A stretch of DNA of 64,000 nucleotides from Eledone cirrhosa (Eukaryota). Below, piece by piece: positions 10,870 through 22,310 of this stretch (its first letter is position 1; every line of letters starts with the position of its first letter). The DNA is taken from positions 238,824,001-238,888,000 of the forward strand of contig OZ024741.1 in assembly GCA_964016885.1 (NCBI GenBank), given 5' to 3'. Below the pieces are notes generated by a model, which had not been told where the DNA came from, ran no database searches, and was given only the letters and a program-made list of their open reading frames with translations. The position numbers were made by a program, and so were the translations under genes.

Positions 10870-13800
10870 CCTCCCAAATAACCTCCCAAATAACCGACAG
10901 TGACTACATAATTATTGGTCACGTTGGACAACATTGTGACGGCTATGACGGAATCCATGGAGGCTATGGGTTTGGTACTAGAAATGAGGAAGGCTCCAGA
11001 ATCCTGGAATTCTGTGACGCAAATAACCTAACTATCTGTAACACTAACTTCAAAAAACGAGACAATCACTTGATCACCTATAGATCAGGGGAACACGCCA
11101 GTCAGATAGATTATATCCTTACCAAAAGACGTGATAGAGTGTCTGTTGTAAACACTAAATCCCTCCCCCATGAAGAATGCACCTCCCAACATAGACTCAT
11201 AGTCAGCGACCTCATAGTCAGGACAAGACGTACTCGACAACAGAGGAGGATTATCCTCAGGAGAAAACTATAGAAGCTAAAGGACCCCACAACCAGTAAT
11301 AAATTTAAAAGCATATTACTTGATGCTTTCGACAGTAAGGAAGAGCAATTAGAGTCGTACAATATAGAGGAACAGTGGGAATTCCTGAAAGCTAACCTGC
11401 TGAAGGCGGCAGATGAAGTCTGTGGCTGGAGCAGGCCTATAGGCAGGAGGAGAGTAACGTGGTGGTGGAACAGTAAGGTGGAGGAGTCAATTAAGGCCAA
11501 AAAGCAGGCTTGGAAAGGGATGGGGGAAGTAGAGAAGACTTCAAGTGACCAGGAAGGAAGCTAGGAGACAAGTGTACTTCGCAAGAAAGGAAGCAGAGGA
11601 AAGAAAGTTCAAGCATGTTCTACAACGCGAGGACCAAAAACGTGAGGTGTTCAGGATTGCTAGGCAATGTGTCAAGGAAAACCATGATATTGTCAGGGAG
11701 AAGTGTGTCCTTAATGATGATGGTGTACTTGCCATCACTGACGCTGATAAGAAGGTAGCTTGGAAGTGTCACTACGAAAGGCTACTAAATGAGGAGAATA
11801 AATGGGAGAAAGACAGTCTCCCCCACATCGATCCAATAGAGGGACCAGCAGTGCTAGTTGAAGGTAGTATAATAAGTAAGGCAATCAAAGATATGAAGAC
11901 GGGTAAGGCGGCTGGGCCTTTGGAAATAGTTGCTGAAATGCTGAAAGCATCTGGAACGGTGGGACACACTATGGTCACCCGTATAGTTAACCAAGTAATA
12001 CAGAATGGGGCAGTTCCGAAGGACTGGCGTAGCAGCATCATCATTAACTGCTACAAGGGTAAAGGAGATGCCCTAGATAGGAGTAACTATAGAGGCATTA
12101 AATTAATCAACCAGGTCATGAAGGTCACAGAAAAAGTAATACCGCAACTAATCATAGAACGAATTGATCTAGATGAAAGGCAGTTTGGGTTTGTGTCAGG
12201 TAAAAGTACCACAGACGCTCTTTTCATTGTACGACAACTACAGGAGAAGTACCTAGCTAAAAGTAAACCCCTATACTTAGCTTTTGTTGACTTGGAGAAA
12301 GCCTTTGACAGAGTCCCCCGCTCCATTATCTGGTGGGCTCTTAGAAAACTAGGTGTTGATGAATGGCTTGTGAGAGCTATTCAAGCCATGTATAAAGAAA
12401 CAGTCAGCAAGGTTAGAATTAACAACAAATATAGTGAAGAGTTTAGCGTAAAAGTTGGTGTTCATCAGGGCTCCGTTCTTAGCCCCCTACTATTTATTAT
12501 TGCCCTTCAGGCTATAACAGAGGAGTTCAAGACTGGCTGCCCATGGGAACTCCTATATGCAGATGATCTAACGCTCATAGCTGAATCAATGGCTGAACTA
12601 GAGAAGAAATTTCAAACATGGAAGCATGGCCTAGAATCAAAAGGCCTTAAAGTTAACTTGTCTAAGACTAAAGTTCTAGTTTGTAGGAAGGAAAATAGGG
12701 CACTGGTCCCATCTGGAAAATGGCCATGCTCAGTGTGTAGGAAAGGAGTAGGCAGAAATTCAATTTTATGTCCCAAATGCAAAGTATGGGTGCATAAAAG
12801 ATGTAGTGGGATCACAGGTAAGCTAACTAAGAACATAGATTTTATATGTGGCCGGTGCTCAGGTGCAATAAGTAGCAGCAAGTGCCCACAGAATACTAGT
12901 TCATTCCATTGCACAGATGGTTCTATAGAAATAGTGGACACCTTCCGTTACCTGGGTGACAAAATCAGCAGTGGGGGAGGGTGCTCTGAAAGTACAGTAG
13001 CTAGAGTCAGAATGGGATGGAAAAAGTTCAGAGAGCTTATACCACTATTAGCCACTAAAGATTTCTCTCTAAAAATGAAAGGCAGACTGTATGATGCCTG
13101 CATACGAACAGCAATGTTGCATGGCAGTGAGACATGGGCATTGTGTGCAGAGGATATATGCAGACTGGAGAGGAACGAAGCTTGCATGCTCCGCTGGATG
13201 TGTAATAGTAATATACGTGAACGGCAAAGCATAAACGAACTAAGGGAGAAATTAGGAATAAGAGGGATCAAATGCTGTTTACTCGAGAGAAGACTACGTT
13301 GGTATGGTCACGTGATGCGCATGAAAGACAACAGCTGTATAAAAAAATGCAGGGCGATAAAAATAGACGGTAGCCACGGAGTAGGCAGACCCAGAAAAAC
13401 CTGGGACGACTTGATAAATTCCGACCTCACACACTTACACCTCTCCAAGACAATGTCACTGGACCGAGATCTTTGGCGCTACACAGTTATACAGAAGACC
13501 CACCTTGCCTAAGTACAAAGCCAAACCTACAGTCAGTAGGCATCTCTAACAAAATACACCCCCGTCCCACTAACCCCACTCCATCCACACCACCCCCTCA
13601 AATGTGAAGTTATGTTGGTACCATAACATCCAGTCCGAAACAAATGAGGTCACGACAAAAAAAAACACACAGTCCACGCTGTAATGTGGATGTGTAAGTA
13701 ACACGGTAAAAACCTCCCAGTCCACACTGTAAACGTGGTTGGTGTTGGGAAGGGCACCCAGCCGTAGAAAACCCGCCAGACGTGTAGGTGTCATGACAAA

Positions 13801-14022
13801 AAAACACACAGTCCACGCTGTAATCTGGCCATGTAGGTAACACGGTGAAAACCTCCGAGTCCACACTGTAAACGTGTTTGTTGTTAGGAAGGGCATCCAG
13901 CCATAGAAAACCCGCCAGACAGCCCTATACGAGCAGGACAACCAATCTTGCCTCAAGTGGGAAAACTCCCGTCCAAACCCATGCAAGCGTGGAAGATGGA
14001 CGTTAAACGATGATGATGATGG
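10870..14022 (+). mobile_element. RTE-clade LINE, 5'-truncated inside APE, with complete 3' UTR and (GAT)n tail (subfamily A)
   Basis: APE C-terminal half (GHVG..GGYGFGTRNEEG..SQIDYIL..SQHRLIV), stop at ~11271, frameshift at ~11520-11545, then RT ORF and 3' end ccatgcaagcgtggaagatggacgttaaacgatgatg. Confidence 0.95.
11545..13512 (+). CDS. Non-LTR reverse transcriptase (RTE clade), 655-aa open frame within a disrupted ORF
   Basis: All RT motifs present (NYRGIKL, QFGF, DLEKAFD, GVHQGSVLSP, YADD, FRYLG) plus RTE C-terminal RLRWYGHVMRM...GRPRKTW..DRDLWR. Confidence 0.85.
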   Translation: MTRKEARRQVYFARKEAEERKFKHVLQREDQKREVFRIARQCVKENHDIVREKCVLNDDGVLAITDADKKVAWKCHYERLLNEENKWEKDSLPHIDPIEGPAVLVEGSIISKAIKDMKTGKAAGPLEIVAEMLKASGTVGHTMVTRIVNQVIQNGAVPKDWRSSIIINCYKGKGDALDRSNYRGIKLINQVMKVTEKVIPQLIIERIDLDERQFGFVSGKSTTDALFIVRQLQEKYLAKSKPLYLAFVDLEKAFDRVPRSIIWWALRKLGVDEWLVRAIQAMYKETVSKVRINNKYSEEFSVKVGVHQGSVLSPLLFIIALQAITEEFKTGCPWELLYADDLTLIAESMAELEKKFQTWKHGLESKGLKVNLSKTKVLVCRKENRALVPSGKWPCSVCRKGVGRNSILCPKCKVWVHKRCSGITGKLTKNIDFICGRCSGAISSSKCPQNTSSFHCTDGSIEIVDTFRYLGDKISSGGGCSESTVARVRMGWKKFRELIPLLATKDFSLKMKGRLYDACIRTAMLHGSETWALCAEDICRLERNEACMLRWMCNSNIRERQSINELREKLGIRGIKCCLLERRLRWYGHVMRMKDNSCIKKCRAIKIDGSHGVGRPRKTWDDLINSDLTHLHLSKTMSLDRDLWRYTVIQKTHLA

Positions 14023-14944
14023 TGATTTCTTTATCGACCATATAAGGCTGGTAAGTTAACCTTCACCTAACTGAGTTATAATCTTCTAAAATATTTCTTT
14101 AAACAAAAGCTACAGAGAGAGAGAGCGAAATGAATATTTATGTGTAGTTAGATTTCTTTACATTATTTTTCTGAGAATTTCTGCATTTGTTTCAATATCA
14201 AATCTGTACCCCCTTATTTCTTATATTTTAAATTTAAGTTTTTATTTTAGAGCTTAATTCTCCTAGCAAATCTATATTGCTTTTTTTGTGTATGAGTAAT
14301 GCATTCAAACCAATTCAGATCAGTAGCTAGTTTTTCATAATATCATCTGTCCATCTCTTACTAGTAGGGGTAAAAAAAAGCCCAGATGTTAAATCAAGAT
14401 GATGGTGATAATCACACAACTTTTATACCATTGTTTTATATATCCATTAAAACAAAACTTTCAAGCATAATAGAATTTTATTTTATTTTAATGGCTTCAA
14501 TCAGAGAAAAAAGTACAGTACCCATGATCTTTTGTAGGACCTCAGGGACTGGCAGAAGGAAGGAAAGAAGGAAGGTATCCTCAGATTAGAAGACCCAGTA
14601 TGAATTCTTACAATAGAGTGTACTTCACTAAATGTGAACAAGATCCAAGTGGTGGTGTTCAACCAGGCTAGAGATTAAGTCTAACATTCCTGTACAATGT
14701 TGCATAAAAAATTTCACTCATAAAGCTTTAGTTAACCAGAATCGAATATAAAACCATGTAATTTTGAAGAAAGCTTTTTAATCATGCAGCCATGCCTGAA
14801 CTCTTTGCTATTTTGCACTACTACCATTGTCCTCTCCCCCATCAAACATTTTCAACCATCAATAATTTAGGTCTCTCTATTTTAGTCCAGTTTGTTAGCT
14901 TCATTTACTGCTTCAGTGTCCACTTTGGTATCTTTCAAACAAGT

Positions 14945-15197
14945 CTAAAATGACTACTGTAATATTTCAGAAACACCTGAAGATGGGAAGTCAAATGACC
15001 ACTATGGTGTCTCACTAAGAAATAACTGAAGATTGGAAGTCCACAATAAGTACTCTGATATTTCACAAATTACCGATAATAGAGAGCCTGGTGACCACTG
15101 AAATATCTCAGAAACTACTGAAGCTAGCAATTCAACTGACCAGACCACTATAATATCTCAGAAACTACTGAAGATAGCCAGTCCAGTGACCAGACCA
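14945..15197. repeat. Degenerate ~45-50 bp minisatellite, about 5-6 units
   Basis: Recurring gaccact..aatatctcagaaactactgaagat. Confidence 0.7.
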
Positions 15198-15467
15198 CTT
15201 TTTTTATGTATGCTAGGCAAGCAACATGTGAGCAAAAACAAGAAAATACAATATAAATACAGGTTGTACAAAAAGTATCATTTACATAAAATGCAGCATA
15301 ATACATTCATATGCAGCAATACTAACATATTTCCTTTTAAATAATGTAGCTATAATTGTTATGAGTGGAAAATACAGTCTGCCCATATATGTAGAAAATA
15401 TACTTTTCTGTGTTTTCAGTTGTAAAAGTTTTTCTCATATTCAGTCAACTGTTTCTTCTGATTATGT

Positions 15468-15682
15468 AATGATATGGGACAGGGTGCAACACAAAATAAT
15501 ATGGGAGCAAGGTGGAATACTGAATGATATGGGAACAGAGTTTAACAGGGAATGATATGGGAGCAAGTTATAGTATTATATAGGAGCAAGGTATAAAACT
15601 GATTGACATGGGAGCATGTCAGAACAAGAAATGACAGGAGTTCAACAAGGAATGATATACAAGCAAGTTGTAACACTGATTG
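15468..15682. repeat. Degenerate ~28 bp minisatellite
   Basis: Recurring aatgatatgggagcaag. Confidence 0.65.
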
Positions 15683-15805
15683 AACCCTATTTATTTTCTC
15701 TAGCTTTTATTACATTTTTTTTTTTCATTAAGAAACGGTTTTTATTAGTATAAAGTCATAAATGGAAAAAATGTATTCATGTTATAGCTTGATGACTATA
15801 AAATA

Positions 15806-15985
15806 TTGCAGTATCGGTAGAGGGTTGGACGCCATGCTTTCTACCATAGTTACGTCCCTTTACGGTCTGAGTTCAAATCCCGCCAAGGTTATCTTTGCCT
15901 TTCATCTTTACGGGGTCGATAAAATAAAGTACCAGTAATGTACTGGGTATATCTGGCCTTGTGCCTAAAGTAGAAACAATTATTA
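15806..15985 (+). mobile_element. tRNA-derived SINE, followed directly by an RTE 3' tail (15988-16048)
   Basis: gcagtatcggtag...gagttcaaatcccgcc...gcctttcatctttacggggtcgataaaataaagtaccag. Confidence 0.9.
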
Positions 15986-17319
15986 TATCCCGTCTAACCC
16001 ATGCTAGCGTGGAAGATGGACGTTAAACGATGATGATGATGATGATGACATACACCACTGTGTGTCGTAAAAGCAAGGAAACAGTAAACAAGTTAAATGC
16101 TATTACTCATAATAGTTATACTTCTTGAACAGTAATAACAATGCAGCAAATTGAATGAAGTAGTAGTAGTAGTAGTAGTAGTAGATGGCGCTTTTGACCA
16201 AATAAGAATAGTATGAGATTCATACAACAGAATTAAGTAATAAGCATTCAAAGATAAATATAGAAAAAGAAGTGCATTAAATCTATTTTATATAATCGCA
16301 TCTTGTGAGGGAGAGGGGGACAACATACAAATTGATAATAAAAATTTGAAATTTATTATTGATTAAAGGGGAACAACCTGTTTCATACGTTAACTATTTC
16401 AATTATAGTAGTAAAAAGAATGTATTTACTGTAAATTAATTTTAAGTTGTTGTTTAGACCCAGGTCCAGTCTGACCGAACAAAACTATGATCAGCCAATT
16501 TGTTTTATATATTTCAGGGACTACATTATCCAGTATTTCTTTCCTCTCTTTGGACGGTATGGTTATGATAGCAGGAAGATTTGGCTGCTATTTCTAGTAA
16601 GTCAAGCCATCATGTAGAGGATCTTTTCTTTTCTTTGCTTTGTTAAGTGTTTAATATATTTGTGTTGTGTTCAACATGATGGATGTGTGTGTGTCATAGA
16701 ACTTCTGGTTGAAACTATTTCACTTTATTTTGTATTTGTTTTGCAAGATTCTATTACAAGCTTTGGGGGGGCTACATTTTATATATGGCCTGGGCCTGTT
16801 ACCATTTTTACACAGGCCTGCACCCACTACAGTTGTTAGAAATTATGATCCCTGGTGATTTCTTACACAGACCATATATATCACATAAACAAGACAGTAT
16901 CATCAATGTTGAGTTTTTCCTTTTTATTCAGAAAATAATCTGACCCTTTGTTAATTACTTTTTAAGAGAAAGCAGAAGATAAGAATGGATAGTGGATATA
17001 ACCTTTACAGTCTCTCCAGTTCAATGTGGCTGACATTCAGCTTGAATTTCTATAAGTAGATGCATGTGGGAGAAATGGGGTTAGTGAAAGAATTCTAGAG
17101 GGCTAGTTTTATGGAGGAAGAATTGAGTGGTGTTCAGGTTTTGTTAGTGATAGACTGCATGGGTGATAAGAGACACAAGCTAGTTTTGTAGGCTCTGGGT
17201 AGAGTTAATACATAATTTGAAAAATATACACTATATACATCACAGTATTGCTCCTTTATCAACCAGACACACTTACATATGCCTGTGTTGAATAAATATA
17301 TATATATATATATATATAC

Positions 17320-17513
17320 GAAAAAGCACCCAGCACTCACTGTAAATGAGGTTGGTGTTAGGAAGGGCATCCAGCTGTAGAAATCAAGCCAGATCAGTTC
17401 CTGTATGAGCAAGGCATGGTCAGCCGACCAGACACTGCCCACAACAGGACAACCCGTCTAACCCATGCTAGCGTGGAAGAACGGACGTAAAACGGTGATG
17501 ATGATGATGATGA

Positions 17514-17516
<3 letters not shown>
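17320..17516 (+). mobile_element. RTE subfamily B 3' UTR/tail fragment
   Basis: Reverse complement of 43162-43350; ends in (GAT)n. Confidence 0.85.
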
Positions 17517-17559
<43 letters not shown>

Positions 17560-17561
17560 CA

Positions 17562-17611
<50 letters not shown>

Positions 17612-17737
17612 AAGTTCTATTTAAATTGTTGGGATACAACAAGCAAATATTTTTATAACTGATATAAAGCACTCAACAAATATTTGGAGTAAAAATACGA
17701 TATTAACAAATGGAAACTATATTTATAAAACCATATT

Positions 17738-17802
17738 TATTTCATTATACATATTTCAAGGACACCAAGTTAAATTATGGTGTGCTTTCATCAGATAAAA
17801 TA
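17738..17802 (-). ncRNA. Minimal type I hammerhead ribozyme (family A, copy 2)
   Basis: TATTTTAT CTGATGA AAGcACACCA taatttaact TGGTGTcCTT GAAA TATGTA TA ATGAAATA. Confidence 0.8.
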
Positions 17803-18465
17803 TAATATAGATCAGTTTTATAAATAAATATTGACATACCCTTAAAGAATGCAACCATTACTGTTGGAAGCTCCAGGATAGTAATGGTTTTATAAATATA
17901 GTTTCCATTTGTTAATATTGTATATATATATATATTAGTGCTATATTATGTGTGTTGACCTTCTGTTAGTTCTAATGACAAATATTCTAGATGTTTGATT
18001 AATAGAATAGTCTGTTCATGAAATTAATGTGCAAGTGGTTGAGCATTCCACAAACATATTTACCTTTGATGTAATTCTTAGGTAGATTCAGTATGATACA
18101 GGCATACTTGTGTGACAAGGCAGACCTTTTGAATTACATGAACAACTCATTTCTTATTTTTAGCTGAGTGGACTTGAGCAATGGGAAATATAATGTCTTG
18201 CTCAAGGACACACGTCACCAACGTTAATCAAATTCACAATGTTCTGATAATGGAATGAATACCCTAACAACTAAACTGTACACCTTTACATAAATATAAT
18301 ACAATTTTTAAAAAAAATAGAAAACAATAGCAGAGAACAACACATATATAACAGTATGTTAATTTGATGCTTAATAAAAGTAATTAAAAAAAATTCAGGA
18401 AAACAAAAAACAAAAAAAAATAGGGAAGACATGTATGTGTCTATATGTGTACATTGTGACTATAC

Positions 18466-19060
18466 ATGGTGGCTGCCAACTCGTTTTCGAGTACGGCCAC
18501 TACTTTATATCCATGTAGGAGAACCCCTACCGATGCGCTGAACGAGTGTGACATTTTAGTCCAGCCAGCGACTTGAAAACTCTGGTACAAACACTACACT
18601 TGTGACAATTATTGACACATAGTGCTGGGCCCATGGTACCATGTGATGACAAGTGCAGAGAGATCTCCAGATATAAAGCAATGCCTGTGGCGTGAAGCTT
18701 TTATAGTGAGCAAAGGCACTGCACAAAGCCAGTCCCACTCTCTTAACCAAGATGATATTTACCAAAAAGAAGAACAAGTCAACATCATTGGATACCATCA
18801 GGGTTGCAGGTGTTATATCAGAGTTTTCCTTCTCCTAGAATTCTGCCTTGACAAAGGCTAAGGGGTCATCTCTCCCAGTGATTTTGGATGGCCATTGACT
18901 CTTAAGAGCTCCTTTACCCTTTAACAGGTTTTGTTTTTAGTCCTGCAGGATGTCCAAAGTCACCTTCCTCACCAAGAAACCTTGGTGGGGTTGCCAGTTT
19001 AGTTGCCAACGACCCGACCATGAGACAGGTTGTACTGGGATACATGTTACCAGTAGCACC
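18466..19060 (-). mobile_element. ~590-bp non-autonomous repeat (family Z), probably RTE-derived, copy 1
   Basis: Near-identical copies at 30793-31372 and 34435-35022; contains RTE 5'-UTR-like ggcgactaaactggcaacccc and ctaggagaaggaaaactctga motifs. Confidence 0.8.
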
Positions 19061-19399
19061 AACTAGTGACCTGACATTGGGACTATATATGCTTGATAAA
19101 ATAAGTACTAGTACTTGGATCAATATAATTGATTATTACACATAAAAATGGTGTCCAGCATAGTCACAGTTTAATGACTGAAGCCAATAAAAGAATAAAT
19201 AAGTATGAAAATAAAATCCCCTCCAACACATTCTCAAGCACTCTATAAACATTAGTCCACTGTCAAGCTCTGTCATTTCTAGTACAGGCCTATTATCCTC
19301 ACATCAAAGGTTATGAAGAGGAGCCACTCAATGTTCTCACATGGCACTACTAGATTTAGCAGAGACTTACCCTTATCATTCTACATTTGTAGGTCAGGC

Positions 19400-20420
19400 A
19401 GCTATAATTTGTACCCCAAAATGTTAGACATTGAAAATAGGCATTGAAAACATCCTTCAATGGAAACATCACAACCTACTATTTTTCCATAGCCAAAAGA
19501 CACAATTGCTACACATACAAAGGAAATAATCTTATATCACACTCTCCTTACAAACAAACAATACACAATTGCTAGACCTAACAATCTATATTGGTATCTC
19601 ATAACAACTTCATTTATATAAAATTGGCAAAACTATCTCCCAAACATTAAGCTGACTCCATATTCATGGCCAGAAAATATTTCAGCAATGATCATTTGCT
19701 AATCTTTAATAGTGCACAATATCCACATTGGAGCATTTCTTATATATGTTGGATGGCGTTGCTGTTAGATACACAAGTAAAGGTAGGCATGTCTGAATAG
19801 TTAAGAAGTTTACATCATAATATGTTTGATTTCCTGCATGAACAAGTGTCTTTACCATGACCTTGGCTTAACTCAAACATTGTGAGCAAAATTGGGTTAA
19901 CAGAAACTATTTAGGAGCCCATTAAACAGACTGTCCTTGTAATTCAAAAGGCCAGACATATCATACTGTATCATGCAGAATCTCCCTGAAAATTGTGACT
20001 AAGGTTCATATATTTGTGGAATACTCAGCCACTTATATGCTAATTTCATGATTTGGCCATACTTTGATTGAACAACTAAAGCATTCATTGTCAAAATCTG
20101 ATGGAAGTCCATTTTACATACATATGACTGAAAGCCATTCAGCTGATTAGTAAAGCATATTATAGATACTGGACAATAGATGTAGTATTTTCTCATGTCC
20201 TTTTTATCTACTAATACAGTAGACTATACTCTTCTGAACCTACATGCTCTCCCCTTCAACCTACCTCATATGGCACACACACACACACCACTTTCCTATT
20301 CTAAACACTTTTCCAAATCATTTTTCCTTAGAGCCACAGTCTTCTGGAATTCTCTCTTTACCTTCTTTGTTTCTCCTGAATACAACTTAACCTTTTCTTA
20401 CGAAAAACACTGTTCGTGAT
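19400..20420 (+). mobile_element. Degenerate CR1/L2 RT C-terminal fragment interrupted by a SINE-like segment
   Basis: ARKYFSNDHLL and FSKSFFLRATVFWNSL...PEYNL, resembling CR1/L2 SFFPRT..LWNSLP. Confidence 0.5.
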
Positions 20421-21473
20421 TTTCAAATAATTTTGAAAACAATCAAGAATTTGGAGGGATTTAGTAATATAATTAACTTTCTAATTATTAACCTGATGTT
20501 TGAAATATAACTTAACAAAGGTTCTTAAAGGAAATTATGGCATACTTCTTAGCCAATTACAATATGGATTAGGTACACCATGAAATGCAATATAAAGTGA
20601 ATAAATGAAACAAAAATAATGAAATGAAAAAATATTTAAAAATCTTACCTAATTACTTCTTTACTGTCATTGTTGTTGTGATGTGTCACTAGAGATATTA
20701 TATTCTCATGTAGTTTCCAGTGTGACTGCTAGTGAAATATTGCAGTATGTCGATGAACTGAAGTTGTGTCGTTTAAAAGTTTTTTTGTTTTTTTTTATGA
20801 ATAAGTAGTAGTGGTTCATGAGTCAAAAGTCTGATATGTATATACGTTGGGATATGTACAAAAGAGAGGATTAGTGGCTACTTGAACACAGATTGAAGCT
20901 TGATCAACCTTGGTCAGGGTCATCTGGATGAAGTGGGTATGTTGTAAGGCCCAAAATAGCCAGTGACTCCAACATTCAACACTGATATGTCCAAGTAAAT
21001 GTATGAAGAACAGTGTGTGTGTGTGTAAATTGTGGTCAGTTTTGGAAATATATATATATATGTATACACATAAAAATTGTTATTTTTCTATTTTATTGAC
21101 ACAGGAGCATATTTTTTACTTCGTTTCTTATATTTTCAAATATTATGTAAAAACTTCTTTATATGATGTAACCCCAAATGGAAACAGCTTAGTTAAAGTC
21201 AATTATTATTATTATCAATGGTTGGGGAGATTCAGTGTGGATCTACAGAACAACTGAAGCATAGCCCTTATAGTTTTACTTTGATCCCAATTATATTTTT
21301 TAGAGGAAAAGGTATCATAAAAAGTGATATTTTAATTGGCAATCATGTCTCATATAATTTGAGTATATTTTAGATATTTAAATTTAATTTTGTATTTATT
21401 CAATCTCATACAGTTTGTTGAACTAGATTTTGTGTCTAATCTATCTATGTGACTGTGTAGATATGATTGTATG

Positions 21474-21510
<37 letters not shown>

Positions 21511-21889
21511 GTGTGAAATTCTTGTTCAATATTTACAAGAATGAGTGCTACTCTTAATAAAAATCAATAATGTGTACCTTGCTCATGTGATAACATCAGT
21601 TTGTAGGGATTATTTGTTTTCTATACATACACAATCACGTGCCCACAATATTGATGAAAGTTATTTGTTTTTACTTATAGATGTTTTAAAAAGAGTTTTA
21701 TATCATTTTCTACGTCAATAATGTATTTGATTTAAGTTAAAAGTGTTTATCTAGTAATTAATAACTAAATGTAAGGTTTTCTTTACTAGTCTTTTCTTTT
21801 CTATAAATTTCCATTCAGTTTGAGAAATTTTTATTCTTAAGAAAATAGTTAAATGAAGTGATAGCCATGTGATATATTTCATTAATGAT

Positions 21890-22310
21890 TTCTGATTTAG
21901 GCACAAGGACAGCAATTTAGGGGCAGAGAGAAGTGGATTATTTTGACTGCCGTACTTGACTAGTACTTTATTTTATTGACCTCGGAAGGAGAAAAGGTAA
22001 AGTTGACCTTAGTGGGATTTGAACTTGGAATGTCAAGAAGTGGAACAAATACTGCACAACATTTAACCAATGCTCTAACAATTCTGCCAATCCACTGCCT
22101 TTAATATATTTTAATAATTGTTTCTACATTTGGCACAAGGCCAGCAATTTTAAGGGAAGGGGAGAAATTTGATTAAATCAACCCCAATGTGTGCATTACT
22201 GGTACTTTATACTATCAACCCTATAAGGATGAAAGGCAAAGTTAACCTCAATGGGATTTGAACTCAGAACGCAAAGGGACGTAACTCCATGCTGCAAAGC
22301 ATTTGCGTCT
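21890..22310 (-). mobile_element. Two tandem tRNA-SINE copies
   Basis: ggcacaagg..agcaatt...tactttat...gaaaggcaaagttaacctc..gggatttgaact occurs twice. Confidence 0.85.

Noticed and set aside
20649-20757. Minus-strand exon with strong AG|gtaaga donor
   Set aside because: All three frames from the best acceptor contain stops
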